The notes under the pieces are model-generated. The model had not been told where the DNA came from. It did no database searches and was given only the letters and a program-made list of their open reading frames with translations. A program made the translations under genes and the position numbers. This document shows positions 8,248 to 16,870 of a stretch of DNA of 64,000 bases, one piece after another. Each line of letters begins with the position of its first letter. Position 1 is the first letter of the stretch. The DNA is from Acidimicrobiales bacterium (lineage in GTDB: Bacteria; Actinomycetota; Acidimicrobiia; Acidimicrobiales; JBBRAZ01), in contig JBBRAZ010000006.1 of assembly GCA_038206295.1 (NCBI GenBank), forward strand, positions 48,734 through 112,733. Direction: 5' to 3'.

Positions 8248-9360
8248 ATGGACGCAATCACACTGCTCAAGAAGGACCACAACACCGTCGAGAAGCTGTT
8301 CAAGCGCTTCGAGAAGGCCGGCGACAAGGCCTACACGACGAAGCGAGCGATCGTGGACAGCATCATCGAGGAGCTCTCGGTGCATGCATCCATCGAGGAG
8401 CAGCTGTTCTACCCCGTCACCCGCGCCACGGTGCCGGAGACCGAGGACATCGCGCTGGAGAGCCTCGAGGAGCACCACATCGTGAAGTGGGTGCTGAACG
8501 AGCTCGACTCGATGTCCCCCGAGGACGAGCGCTTCGACGCCAAGGTCACCGTGCTGATGGAGAACGTGCGTCACCACATGGAGGAGGAAGAGGAGGAGTA
8601 CTTCCCGAAGGTGCGAGACGAGCTCGGCCGCAAGGCGCTGAACGACCTCGGTGACGCGCTGGCGGCCGCCAAGAAGATGGCGCCGACGCACCCCCACCCC
8701 TCCGCCCCCGACGTGCCCCCGGGCAACATCGTCGCCGGCGTGGCCTCGGGCATCGCCGACCGCGTCAGCGACACCGTCAGCGGAGTCGCCCAGGGCAGCG
8801 TGTCCGCCGCTGGCGACGTGATCGCCACGGTGCTGCGCCGCAAGAAGCCATCCGCGCGACCCACGGGCAACAAGATCGCCCGCAAGACCGCTGACAAGGT
8901 GCGAGGCAGCATCGACGATGCGGCCGACGCCATCATCGAGAAGACGCAGGAGGCCAAGCGCAAGGGCGAGACCACCGTCAAGCGCACCTCCCGCACGACG
9001 ACGCGGACGGCCTCCGCCGCGACGTCGGGCGCGAAGGGCACCGCCCGCACCGCCTCGCGCGGTGCTGCCAAGACGGCCAAGGCAGCGAAGTCCGGTGCCA
9101 AGGGAACCGCGACCTCCGCCCGCAAGGGCAAGGGCGACACGAAGAGCACGGCCAAGCGCGCCCTGACCACGACGGGTCGCACCGCCTCCAGCGCCGCGAA
9201 GCGCACCTCGACCCAGGCGAAGCGCGCCGCGACCACGACCGGCCGTACGGCGTCCAAGGCCGCCAAGAGCAAGAGCACCCAGGCCAAGCGCACCACCGCC
9301 AAGGCGTCGGGCAGCGCCGGCCGCAAGACGTCGGCGAGCAGCAGCCGCAAGGCCGCCTGA
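8248..9360 (+). CDS. Hemerythrin-domain protein with ~190-aa basic Ala/Lys/Thr/Arg-rich repeat tail
   Basis: ORF track 370 aa. The N-terminal region MDAITLLKKDHNTVEKLFKRFE...HASIEEQLFYP...EEHHIVKWVL...VRHHMEEEEEEYFP carries hemerythrin HHE cation-binding motifs. The C-terminal region TTTGRTASSAAKRTSTQAKRAATTTGRTASKAAKSKSTQAKRTTAKASGSAGRK is low-complexity, basic and internally repeated. Confidence 0.85.
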   Translation: MDAITLLKKDHNTVEKLFKRFEKAGDKAYTTKRAIVDSIIEELSVHASIEEQLFYPVTRATVPETEDIALESLEEHHIVKWVLNELDSMSPEDERFDAKVTVLMENVRHHMEEEEEEYFPKVRDELGRKALNDLGDALAAAKKMAPTHPHPSAPDVPPGNIVAGVASGIADRVSDTVSGVAQGSVSAAGDVIATVLRRKKPSARPTGNKIARKTADKVRGSIDDAADAIIEKTQEAKRKGETTVKRTSRTTTRTASAATSGAKGTARTASRGAAKTAKAAKSGAKGTATSARKGKGDTKSTAKRALTTTGRTASSAAKRTSTQAKRAATTTGRTASKAAKSKSTQAKRTTAKASGSAGRKTSASSSRKAA

Positions 9361-9382
9361 CCGCACGCCTCACCAACGATTC

Positions 9383-9417
9383 GCTGGCGCCCCGACCACT
9401 TCGGTCGGGGCGCCAGC
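9383..9417 (+). terminator. Strong GC hairpin downstream of the hemerythrin gene (terminator-like, no U-tract)
   Basis: gctggcgccccgacc (9383-9397), loop acttc, ggtcggggcgccagc (9403-9417). The stem is a perfect 15 bp and begins 23 nt after the stop codon. Confidence 0.5.
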
Positions 9418-9589
9418 GCGTGCGCCACTCGTCGCCGCCGGTCCTCGCCCGAATCGGCAGGTGGAGCGCGTTGCGTCGAGGGAGTCACGTATCGTGTCGG
9501 GGGCTTGAGAGGCCGGATTATGTTGACGGCGTGCGACGACGTGCCCTCCCAGGCGTCATGCGAGGGCTAGACAGATTCGTGAGCTGGAG

Positions 9590-10282
9590 ATGACTAGCTC
9601 GTTCCCGACGCAACAGGCTGATCTGCAGTACTTGACCGAGGGAGGTCAAGAGACCGAGATCATGTACAAGTTCGGATTCGAGCTGCGCGAGTTCGCCCTG
9701 TTCCCGCTGCTCGATCACCCGCCAGCGGTCGTCGAGCTGCGGGGTCCGATGACCGCAGAGGAGGCGGAGGACTACCACTCGACCCAGATCGCGACGCTGG
9801 CAACAGCTGAGGTGGACTTGGTCGAGACCATGACCTTCAACAACGTCCCCGAGGCGGTCGGCGTCGCCCGCGCTGCGACTCGAGCTGGGTTGGCTGCGGC
9901 GATCTTGTTCACGCTGGACAGCAACCACCGGCTGCACTCCGGTCCGACGCTGAAGGAAGCGATCGAGGCCGTCGACGCCGAATGCGGTTCGGACCGGCCC
10001 GTTTTCTACGGGATCAACTGCTCGCACCCGCTCGAGTTCCTTCCGGCCATCGAACCTGGTGACTGGTTCGAGCGGGTCCGCTGCCTGCGCCCGAACGCCG
10101 CCATGATGGACAAGATCTCGCTGTGCACCCTCGGGCACCTCGAGTCCGGCGACCCCGTCGATCTCGGCGAGCGCATGGGCGCAATCGCCGAGCAGTACCC
10201 GCACCTCGACATCTGGGGCGGATGCTGCGGCACCTGGGAAACCCACCTCGAAGAGATCGCCCGCAATGTCAGAGCACGCTGA
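9590..10282 (+). CDS. Homocysteine S-methyltransferase family protein (short variant)
   Basis: ORF track 230 aa. It has FLTEGG-type YLTEGGQETEIMY, ...INCSHP... and the C-terminal zinc-site motif WGGCCGT. It looks about 80 aa shorter than I remember for this family (see findings). Confidence 0.7.
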   Translation: MTSSFPTQQADLQYLTEGGQETEIMYKFGFELREFALFPLLDHPPAVVELRGPMTAEEAEDYHSTQIATLATAEVDLVETMTFNNVPEAVGVARAATRAGLAAAILFTLDSNHRLHSGPTLKEAIEAVDAECGSDRPVFYGINCSHPLEFLPAIEPGDWFERVRCLRPNAAMMDKISLCTLGHLESGDPVDLGERMGAIAEQYPHLDIWGGCCGTWETHLEEIARNVRAR

Positions 10283-10348
10283 GCACGACACCTGCTCGAA
10301 GCCCTCCCCGTCCGGGTGTCGTCGCGGTGCATCGCACCGGGGCGCGAG

Positions 10349-11671
10349 ATGACCACCATCTCCTCGCGGGTGATCGAACGTGCCACCCCGGAGGACGTCG
10401 TGTCGCTCACGACCGACGTTGGTCCGACCCCTATGCAGGTCGGTGCGATCGTCGTCCTCGACACCGGTGATCGGCCGTTCGCCGCGGATGCTGCCGCCGC
10501 ATCGATCAACGAGCGGATCAGAGCGGTGCCGCGCCTGCGCCAGCGGCTCATGGTCTCGCCGGCCGGGGGCGGCCGACCGGTGTGGATCGACGACGGCGCC
10601 TTCGACATCGCCAATCACGTGACCGCCACCCCGTGCCCCACACCAGGCGACGAGCCGGCACTGCTGGGTCTCGCGGCGTCGACGATCGCTCGCCCACTGC
10701 CGAGGACCCGACCGCTGTGGTCGATGACGATCGTCGAGGGACTCGCCGACGGTCGCGTCGCGCTTGTCGTTGCGTTCCATCACGTGTTGGCGGACGGCAT
10801 AGGCGGGTTGGCCGTTCTCGCGGCGCTGGTCGACGGCGTAGCTGCACCACCTCCTGCGCCATTTCCTCGGCCTGCCCCATCCCGCCGTGATCTTCGTACC
10901 GATCGGCTCCGCTCGATTGCGGCTGCGGTGGCGAAGTCGCCGCAGTTGCTCCCACGCGTTGCGACCGCGGCGCAAGAGCTGCGCCCGCGAAGCGCCGAAC
11001 CACCCTCGCACTGTTCGCTCAACCGGCCCACAGGAGGGAGACGCAGCTTGCGAGTGGTGCGGGTTCCACTCCCCCACGTGCGTCAGCTCGCCCATCGGCA
11101 CAGCGCAACTGTGAACGACGTGCTCCTGGCTGCCATCGGCTCCTCGCTCGGAACCCTGCTGGACCGCCGCGGCGAGACGATCGACGCAGTGGTGATGTCC
11201 GTCCCGGTAGCGGCCCGCCGTGCAGCCACCGCCACGTCCCTCGGCAACGAGGTCGGTGCCGTTCCCGTGCGGATCGTGACGCACGGTGATCTGACAGCAC
11301 GGCTGCACGCAGTCACCGAGGCCACTCGGGCTGCCAAGAAGCATCCGCCCGGCTCGACTGCTGCGTTGCTCGTCCCGCTGTTCCGGCTCCTCGCCCGGCT
11401 GGGCATCTTCGGTTGGTTCATCAACCGCCAGCATCTCGTGCACACGTTCGTCACGAACCTCCGCGGCCCCGATGAAGCCCTGTCGATGTTCGGCGCGCGG
11501 GTGACCGACCTGATCGCGGTCGCGCTGGTTCCCGGCAACGTCACGGTCTCGTTCGCTGCGCTGTCCTACTGCGGAACGCTCGCGGTGACCGTCGTGGCTG
11601 ATCCCGACACGTGCCCAGACCTGGACGCTCTCGCCGCTGCCCTCGACGAGGAGCTCCACAGGACAGGATGA
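10349..11671 (+). CDS. Wax ester synthase/diacylglycerol acyltransferase (WS/DGAT) family
   Basis: ORF 10316..11671, ATG at 10349 (MTTISSRVIERATPEDV...). The catalytic HHxxxDG motif is present as AFHHVLADGIGG. The length of about 440 aa is typical. Confidence 0.85.
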   Translation: MTTISSRVIERATPEDVVSLTTDVGPTPMQVGAIVVLDTGDRPFAADAAAASINERIRAVPRLRQRLMVSPAGGGRPVWIDDGAFDIANHVTATPCPTPGDEPALLGLAASTIARPLPRTRPLWSMTIVEGLADGRVALVVAFHHVLADGIGGLAVLAALVDGVAAPPPAPFPRPAPSRRDLRTDRLRSIAAAVAKSPQLLPRVATAAQELRPRSAEPPSHCSLNRPTGGRRSLRVVRVPLPHVRQLAHRHSATVNDVLLAAIGSSLGTLLDRRGETIDAVVMSVPVAARRAATATSLGNEVGAVPVRIVTHGDLTARLHAVTEATRAAKKHPPGSTAALLVPLFRLLARLGIFGWFINRQHLVHTFVTNLRGPDEALSMFGARVTDLIAVALVPGNVTVSFAALSYCGTLAVTVVADPDTCPDLDALAAALDEELHRTG

Positions 11672-11815
11672 CCGCACGCCACGAGCCGGGCCACAGACCG
11701 GCCCGTGGGATCGACACGTAGACGGGCGAGTGGGCCGACGCCGGCTACCGTCAGACGGTCGCGGCCGAGCCGGCGGTGACCCGAAACCCCGCGAGCCGCT
11801 AAGAGTCAAGGACCG

Positions 11816-12832
11816 GTGCAGATGTTCGACGTGTCCGCTGTCGTGGCCTGTGATGCCGAGCTCGAAGCCGTCGTCGGCGCGCGTCCTGGCGCGGTCATGC
11901 TCAAGTCGATCCGCTTCCTGGACGAGCACTGCGAACGGTTCCTGGCGTGCTCGCCCTGCGCGGTGGTCGGCACGACGACCGGGGAAGGATCGCTGCAGGC
12001 GATCGTGTTGGGCGGTGAGCCCGGGTTCCTGGCACCCCGATCCGACACCGTGCTCGAGCTCGGCGACGTGTCAGGCAGGGACGTCGTCGACGGCTCCCCT
12101 GCCGGCCTCATCGCGCTGGTGCCCGGCTACGGCGAGACGCTGCGGATCAACGGTCGGCTCCGCGTGCGTGACAACATCGCAACGCTCGACGTGGAAGAAG
12201 CGCTTCTGCACTGCGCGAAGGCGATCATGCGATCGGAGCTGTGGACGGCACGAGGAACCCCACAGTCGCACGACGGCGCGGCGGCGTTCCTCGCTGACGC
12301 GCCCTTCGTCGTGCTGGTGTCGACCGATGCGGACGGCAACGCAGACGCGAGCCCCAAGGGGGATCCCCCGGGTCTGATCCGCCAGATCGACGACACCACC
12401 ATCGCCATCGCCGACCGACCCGGGAACCGTCGCACCGACACCCTCCACAACCTGATGGACGACCCGCGCATCGCACTGCTCGCCATGCAGCCCGGAAGCC
12501 ACGACGTCGCCGAGATCCGCGGGACCGCCCGGGCGTGCACCGACAGCGCGCTGCTCGAGTCGATGCGTGTTCGCAACCGGACACCGAAGGCCGCGCTCGT
12601 CATCGATGTCGAGCACCGTGAGCTTCGCAACGAGCCCGCGCTGGCCGCCGCCGACCTCTGGAACCCGAGCCGGCACATCGCCGACAGCGCGCTCCCTCGG
12701 GCCGCCACGATCTGGGCAGACCACGTTCGGCGCAACACCGACTCGGGCACCGGGGCCAAGGTCGCGCGACGGCTCGTGAGCAAGACGGCGCTCGCGGCCG
12801 GTGTCGCCCTCGACTACCGGACCAACCTCTGA
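11816..12832 (+). CDS. Pyridoxamine 5'-phosphate oxidase-like FMN-binding family protein
   Basis: ORF track 338 aa (GTG 11816 or ATG 11822). ...ETLRINGRLRV..., FVVLVSTDADGNADASPKGDPPG and ...IAIADRPGNRRTDTLHNLMDDPRIALL are typical of PNPOx-like split-barrel proteins. Confidence 0.7.
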   Translation: MQMFDVSAVVACDAELEAVVGARPGAVMLKSIRFLDEHCERFLACSPCAVVGTTTGEGSLQAIVLGGEPGFLAPRSDTVLELGDVSGRDVVDGSPAGLIALVPGYGETLRINGRLRVRDNIATLDVEEALLHCAKAIMRSELWTARGTPQSHDGAAAFLADAPFVVLVSTDADGNADASPKGDPPGLIRQIDDTTIAIADRPGNRRTDTLHNLMDDPRIALLAMQPGSHDVAEIRGTARACTDSALLESMRVRNRTPKAALVIDVEHRELRNEPALAAADLWNPSRHIADSALPRAATIWADHVRRNTDSGTGAKVARRLVSKTALAAGVALDYRTNL

Positions 12833-13063
12833 GCAACCAACCCCACCGGGCGGAAGGACCAGCTCGCAGAGGCCTCAGAGCGTCGTCAAGGACCCACTAC
12901 GACCTGATGGGCACCCGGGCCGCCCAGACGTGTGCCGGAACGGACCGTTGCGGTGTCACTGCGGTGTCACGGGCATGCCGGTGAGGAGACGATCTCACCA
13001 ACCTCCTTGCGCTGCAGGACACGAGGTCTGCGTTCCGGGTGATTGAAAGCGATCGATCGCGAG

Positions 13064-13381
13064 TCAGGAGAGGCCGGTCACCCCGACCGGCGACCTGACG
13101 ATGCCGTTGCCATCGCCGAGCTGCCCGTTGCGATTCGAGCCCCAGCACCACACCTCGCCTGCTTCGGTCGAAGCGCACACGTGATCGTCTCCCACGCTGA
13201 TGCCGCTGAACTCGTGCTGTCCCAGGACGGGCGCCGGCACGTGACTGTCGGTGAAGGTCCCGTCGCCGACCTGCCCGAGTCGATTGTCACCCCAGCAGGA
13301 GGCAGTGGTGGCGATCAGCGTGCACGTCGTTGGTCGCCCGGCGGCGATGGCGGTTGCCGAGCTGACCCCGGTGACCGTCAC
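13064..13381 (-). pseudogene. C-terminal remnant of an RCC1-repeat (beta-propeller) protein
   Basis: ORF track 105 aa with two RCC1-type blades (CWGDNRLGQVGDG... and CWGSNRNGQLGDG). The reading frame continues upstream (..TTNSLTPVTVTGV..) right up to the stop codon of the methyltransferase at 13460. The N-terminal blades are therefore missing. Confidence 0.55.
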
Positions 13382-13459
13382 GGGCGTCAGGCTGTTCGTG
13401 GTCGTGCCAGGACACCCTACGAACAGCCACCGGATCAGGTCGACCCCGACTGCCCGGTG

Positions 13460-14479
13460 TCAGGCTGGCTTCTGGCCGACGCAGTGCCAGTTGAGGGTCA
13501 GCAGCTCCTCTTCCTCGGCCTGGATGTACGAGACGCTGTTGGCGTTCATGCGCTGCATCAACGCGTCGGTCTTCTTCGGGATCAGGTGCAGCGTCGCCAG
13601 GAACCTGAACACCGCCTCGTAGCGGGTGAACAGGGCGACTTCCTTCTTGATCAGCTCGACCGCGGGCCTCCCCACCGAGGACACCAGCTCGAAGCCGGCG
13701 TCGCGGTAGGCATCCTCCCAGTACCGGTAGTACCAGAACCCCCCGAACACGGTCAGCTCCCGAGTGTGCTGAATCAGCGTGCGCTGGTGCTCATCGTCAC
13801 GGTCATACGCATCGAGCGCGGCGACGTCGTTGATGACGAAGCGCCCGCCCGGCTTCAGGACCCGCAACACCTCCGAGAAGGTGAAGGCGTGGTCGCTCAC
13901 ATACGTCATCGGCTGGATCGCGTAGACCGCGTCGAAGGACGCATCGTCGAACGCGAGGGCCTTGTTGAAGTCACCGACCGAGAAGTTGTCCCGCGCCAGG
14001 TTCGGGTTCCGCCAGGCCTTCTCGATCTGCGACCGGTCCAGGTTGACCCCGTAGGGGGTCGCCCCGGTCAGCTCGGCCAGGTGCTCCGCAATCGCACCGC
14101 ACCCGCAGCCCAGGTCCAGCACCCTGTCGCCGGGGCGCAGGTGCAGGTCCTTCGCCACGATCCGCTCGAAGAGGATCTGGTTCTGCAGCACCGACTGCTT
14201 CGGGTCGATCGTCGGCGGCATGTACATCTTCTCGACCGAGCCGAGTGTGCACAGCAGATGGATCACCTTGTACAGCTCGGTCAGCTCGTTGCTGCTGCCC
14301 TGGGGATACCCGCGCAGTGGCACGCCGGCCTCGTAGTCGGCCTTGGTGTTCTCCGGCGAGTCCACGAACAGCTCCTCGTAGGACCGCATGTACGCCGCGT
14401 AGTCCTCGTCACTGATCGTCAGCAGGCCACGCAGCGCGCCGAGTCGATCAGCCAGTGTGGTGGGCTTGTGCTTGGGCAT
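13460..14479 (-). CDS. SAM-dependent methyltransferase with sterol/lipid C-methyltransferase-like architecture
   Basis: ORF track 339 aa. SAM motif I is VLDLGCGCGAIAEHLA, followed by FDAVYAIQPMTYV, LKPGGRFVINDV and a C-terminal extension. The colinear resemblance to the ERG6/SMT family is from memory, and I do not see the SMT region-I YEYGWG motif. Confidence 0.8.
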   Translation of the reverse strand: MPKHKPTTLADRLGALRGLLTISDEDYAAYMRSYEELFVDSPENTKADYEAGVPLRGYPQGSSNELTELYKVIHLLCTLGSVEKMYMPPTIDPKQSVLQNQILFERIVAKDLHLRPGDRVLDLGCGCGAIAEHLAELTGATPYGVNLDRSQIEKAWRNPNLARDNFSVGDFNKALAFDDASFDAVYAIQPMTYVSDHAFTFSEVLRVLKPGGRFVINDVAALDAYDRDDEHQRTLIQHTRELTVFGGFWYYRYWEDAYRDAGFELVSSVGRPAVELIKKEVALFTRYEAVFRFLATLHLIPKKTDALMQRMNANSVSYIQAEEEELLTLNWHCVGQKPA

Positions 14480-14532
14480 CGAGCTCTCCGATCAGGGCAG
14501 GCAGGCAGCGCCCGGTACGGGCATTCGAGCGG

Positions 14533-15171
14533 TCATGACGCCGTCGCTCCCCGCGAGGCGATCTGCACGAGGAGATCGAGACGGCGGCGGCGGGCCGCCT
14601 GCGATGCAACATCGGTCGCCAGCAGACCGAACAGGCCGGTGAGGAACGTCATGGCGAGATCCACCGCATCGATGTCGGGCGCTCGGTCAGCGATGGCATC
14701 GACGAGCATCAGCCCCACTGGGTGGTCGTCGACCGCCTGACCCTGTGCGACCTCGGGACGGAACTGGCCTGCGCACAGGTCACGGACCAGCCTCCGGCCG
14801 AGTCGGCGCTCTGCCCGCAGGACGGCATCGACCACGGCACTGAACACGGCCTCGAGCGAGTCAGCCCGTTCGCTGACGACGACCGCCGAAGCCGCGATGC
14901 GACGCTCCTCGATGAGGAGCAGCTCGCGCAGGACCTCGTCCTTGCCGGCGAAGTGCACGTAGAAGGCGCCCCGGGTCACACCCACGCGTTCGGTGATCGC
15001 GGCGATCTCGGTGTCGGCGAATCCACGTCGCTTGAACTCCTCGACCGTCTCGGTGAACAGCCGAGTCCGAGTCGCTTCGCGCCGGGCCGAGCGAGCGCTG
15101 GTCCCGGTGGTCCGCGATGCTGCCTCAACACTCTCTGGAGCCTGCACGCCCAGGACACTAACACGCGTCAC
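14533..15171 (-). CDS. TetR/AcrR family transcriptional regulator
   Basis: ORF track 212 aa. The N-terminal HTH is TRTRLFTETVEEFKRRGFADTEIAAITERVGVTRGAFYVHFAGKDEVL. GTG start at 15171-15169. Confidence 0.9.
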   Translation of the reverse strand: MTRVSVLGVQAPESVEAASRTTGTSARSARREATRTRLFTETVEEFKRRGFADTEIAAITERVGVTRGAFYVHFAGKDEVLRELLLIEERRIAASAVVVSERADSLEAVFSAVVDAVLRAERRLGRRLVRDLCAGQFRPEVAQGQAVDDHPVGLMLVDAIADRAPDIDAVDLAMTFLTGLFGLLATDVASQAARRRRLDLLVQIASRGATAS

Positions 15172-15186
15172 TGACGCGCGTCAGTG
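15169..15186. promoter_or_regulatory. Perfect 18-bp palindrome overlapping the TetR start codon (candidate autoregulatory operator)
   Basis: cactgacgcgcgtcagtg equals its own reverse complement. It is nested in a longer imperfect dyad ggacact...agtgtcc (15153-15189). Confidence 0.5.
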
Positions 15187-15300
15187 TCCTGGTCACAGAA
15201 GGGACCGTGCTCCATGGCTCGTGGTTCGGTTCCTCCACATCGACGAACCCTGCAGCAGATCCGAGCACGCCCGTGAGCAGGGGCAACACGGGCGAGGTGG

Positions 15301-15321
15301 TGTCATTTCGACAACGAGTGG
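15301..15321. repeat. Degenerate copy of the TTTCGACAAC motif that accompanies the tRNA-half repeats
   Basis: tgtcatttcgacaacgagtgg. Compare tgatttcgacaacaaccagtgg at 17474-17495 and gtgacaacgagtgg at 20583-20596. Confidence 0.4.
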
Positions 15322-15342
15322 AGAAGTGGGACACGGCGGGCG

Positions 15343-16332
15343 CTATGGGAGCACGACGAGCTTTCCGGTCGCCCGCCCCGCTTCCATGTCGGCGTGGGCT
15401 TCGGCGATCTCGTCCAGGCGGTACGCGCGGTGGATCGGCACGCGGGCCTCGCCGGCGGCAACCGCGTCGAGGAACTCCTGCAGCACGGCAGGCGACAGAT
15501 CGCTGGCGTCGCCGCCGTAGGCGGTGAGCCGCACACCCCGGGGCAGGTACTCGATCGGGTAGAAGTCGCGCACCGTCCACTGGTTCGACAACATCCCGGT
15601 GAAGCACACCACGCCATGTACCCGCGTTGCCCGGAGCGTGTCGGGCAGCGTTGGTGTCCCGACCAGCTCGAGTGCGGTGTCGACGCCGTCGGGGAGATGC
15701 CGACGGACCTGGGTGGCCACATCGCCGTCGTCCACCAACGGGTACGTCACACCGATCTCGCGCAAGACGTCGGCGCGTTCGGCGTTGCGGGTGGTGGACA
15801 GCACCGTCATGCCGAGCCGCGCAGCGAGCACCGCTGCCGCCATGCCGACCGAGGAGGTGCCGCCGCGGATCAGGATCGACTGACCGGGTCGGGCGTCGAG
15901 GCCAACCGTGAGCGAACCGTGCGCGGTCTGGAGCATCTCGGGTACGGCGCCGAGCGTGGCCCAGTCCAGATCGCTCGTGAACGAAACGGTCTGTCGAACG
16001 GGCACGCACGTGTACTCGGCGTATCCGCCGTCGAACGTGCGGCCCATGCCACCCATCAATGCTGCGACCTGTGCGCCCGGTGCGAGCTCACCACCGGGAC
16101 AGCTCACGACGGTGCCGACGGCCTCGATGCCCAGGACACGAGGGAACGTCACCCCGTCTGCGAGGCCGAGGCGGGTGTGCAGCTCAGAACGGTTGAGCCC
16201 GAACGCTTCGACCTTGATCAGCACCTGACCCAGTTCGGGTGACGGTACGGGCACCTCACGAATCTGCAGCGCGTCAGGCGGCCCTGGCGCGTCGAGGACC
16301 ACAGCGCGCATCGTCGTCGGGTCTCCGTTCAT
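15343..16332 (-). CDS. Zinc-type alcohol dehydrogenase/quinone oxidoreductase (MDR superfamily)
   Basis: ORF track 329 aa: MRAVVLDAPGPPDALQIREVPVPSPELGQVLIKVEAFGLNRSE...GIEAVGTV...ILIRGGTSSVGMAAAVLA...GKLVVLP. Confidence 0.9.
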   Translation of the reverse strand: MNGDPTTMRAVVLDAPGPPDALQIREVPVPSPELGQVLIKVEAFGLNRSELHTRLGLADGVTFPRVLGIEAVGTVVSCPGGELAPGAQVAALMGGMGRTFDGGYAEYTCVPVRQTVSFTSDLDWATLGAVPEMLQTAHGSLTVGLDARPGQSILIRGGTSSVGMAAAVLAARLGMTVLSTTRNAERADVLREIGVTYPLVDDGDVATQVRRHLPDGVDTALELVGTPTLPDTLRATRVHGVVCFTGMLSNQWTVRDFYPIEYLPRGVRLTAYGGDASDLSPAVLQEFLDAVAAGEARVPIHRAYRLDEIAEAHADMEAGRATGKLVVLP

Positions 16333-16808
16333 GGGGCACCCCCTTGCTGGTCAGCGATGTGCCCCCGCAGGTCTCGCACGGTCGACGCGAACGACGCGAG
16401 CCGCTCAGGCGAAACCGCCACACCCAGCCGGGCAGCGAGCTCGTCGTCGCACGAGCCCTTGGCCGCTCTGAGCACACGCCGCCCGGCTCGGGTGAGGGTG
16501 ACGACCGACGATCGGGCGTCGTTGGGGTTCGGTGCACGGACACACCACCCAGCGCGCTCGATGCGATCGACCAGCTTGCTCACCCCGCCCACCGAGATCG
16601 ACAGCTCCTCGGCGATGTCGACGACTCGACAGTCCACGACGCGGTCCATCACCTGCATCGGCTCGAACCAGGACAGCGGGACGTCGTGATCTTCACGAAG
16701 CCGGCGATCGACCCGATCCCACAGCTCGGTCTCCAACCGCACGAGATCACTGAACAGGCAGGCGAGCTCGACCGCTGGGACCTTGGACGACCCATACGTA
16801 GTTTCCAT
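16329..16808 (-). CDS. MarR family transcriptional regulator
   Basis: ORF track 159 aa. The winged-HTH region is VVDIAEELSISVGGVSKLVDRIERAGWCVRAPNPNDARSSVVTLTRAGRRVL. The stop overlaps the oxidoreductase start (ATGA). Confidence 0.85.
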   Translation of the reverse strand: METTYGSSKVPAVELACLFSDLVRLETELWDRVDRRLREDHDVPLSWFEPMQVMDRVVDCRVVDIAEELSISVGGVSKLVDRIERAGWCVRAPNPNDARSSVVTLTRAGRRVLRAAKGSCDDELAARLGVAVSPERLASFASTVRDLRGHIADQQGGAP

Positions 16809-16850
16809 GGAATGGAGTCTAGACCCAGATGGTTACATTCCGTGGAAACC
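16801..16850. promoter_or_regulatory. 14-bp inverted repeat in the marR / NTF2-like divergent region (candidate MarR operator)
   Basis: gtttccatggaatg (16801-16814) pairs with cattccgtggaaac (16837-16850) at 13/14 positions. The left arm covers the marR start codon. Confidence 0.45.
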
Positions 16851-16870
16851 ACCTAGGAGAAGGACACACC

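Noticed and set aside
8800-9360. The Lys/Ala/Thr-rich segment as a separate histone-like gene.
   Set aside because: It is in the same uninterrupted frame as the hemerythrin domain, with no internal RBS/start context. The antisense ORFs over it (7903..9366, 8571..9488) are shadow-type.
9418-9589. A SAM/SAH-type riboswitch ahead of the homocysteine methyltransferase gene.
   Set aside because: The region has some hairpin potential and an AT-richer patch (attatgttgacgg). I could not match it to any riboswitch consensus by eye, so a covariance-model scan would be needed.
9518-11929. An 803-aa minus-strand ORF, plus similar giants at 3571..4971 (-), 13043..14740 (+), 52519..55206 (+), 55469..57799 (+), 60740..62845 (-) and 43355..44632 (+).
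   Set aside because: All are Arg/Gly/Pro/His/Asp-rich, motif-free, and lie exactly antisense to ORFs with clear family signatures (WS/DGAT, antiporter, methyltransferase, ppdK, glyQS, DinG, etc.). They are typical shadow ORFs of very GC-rich DNA.
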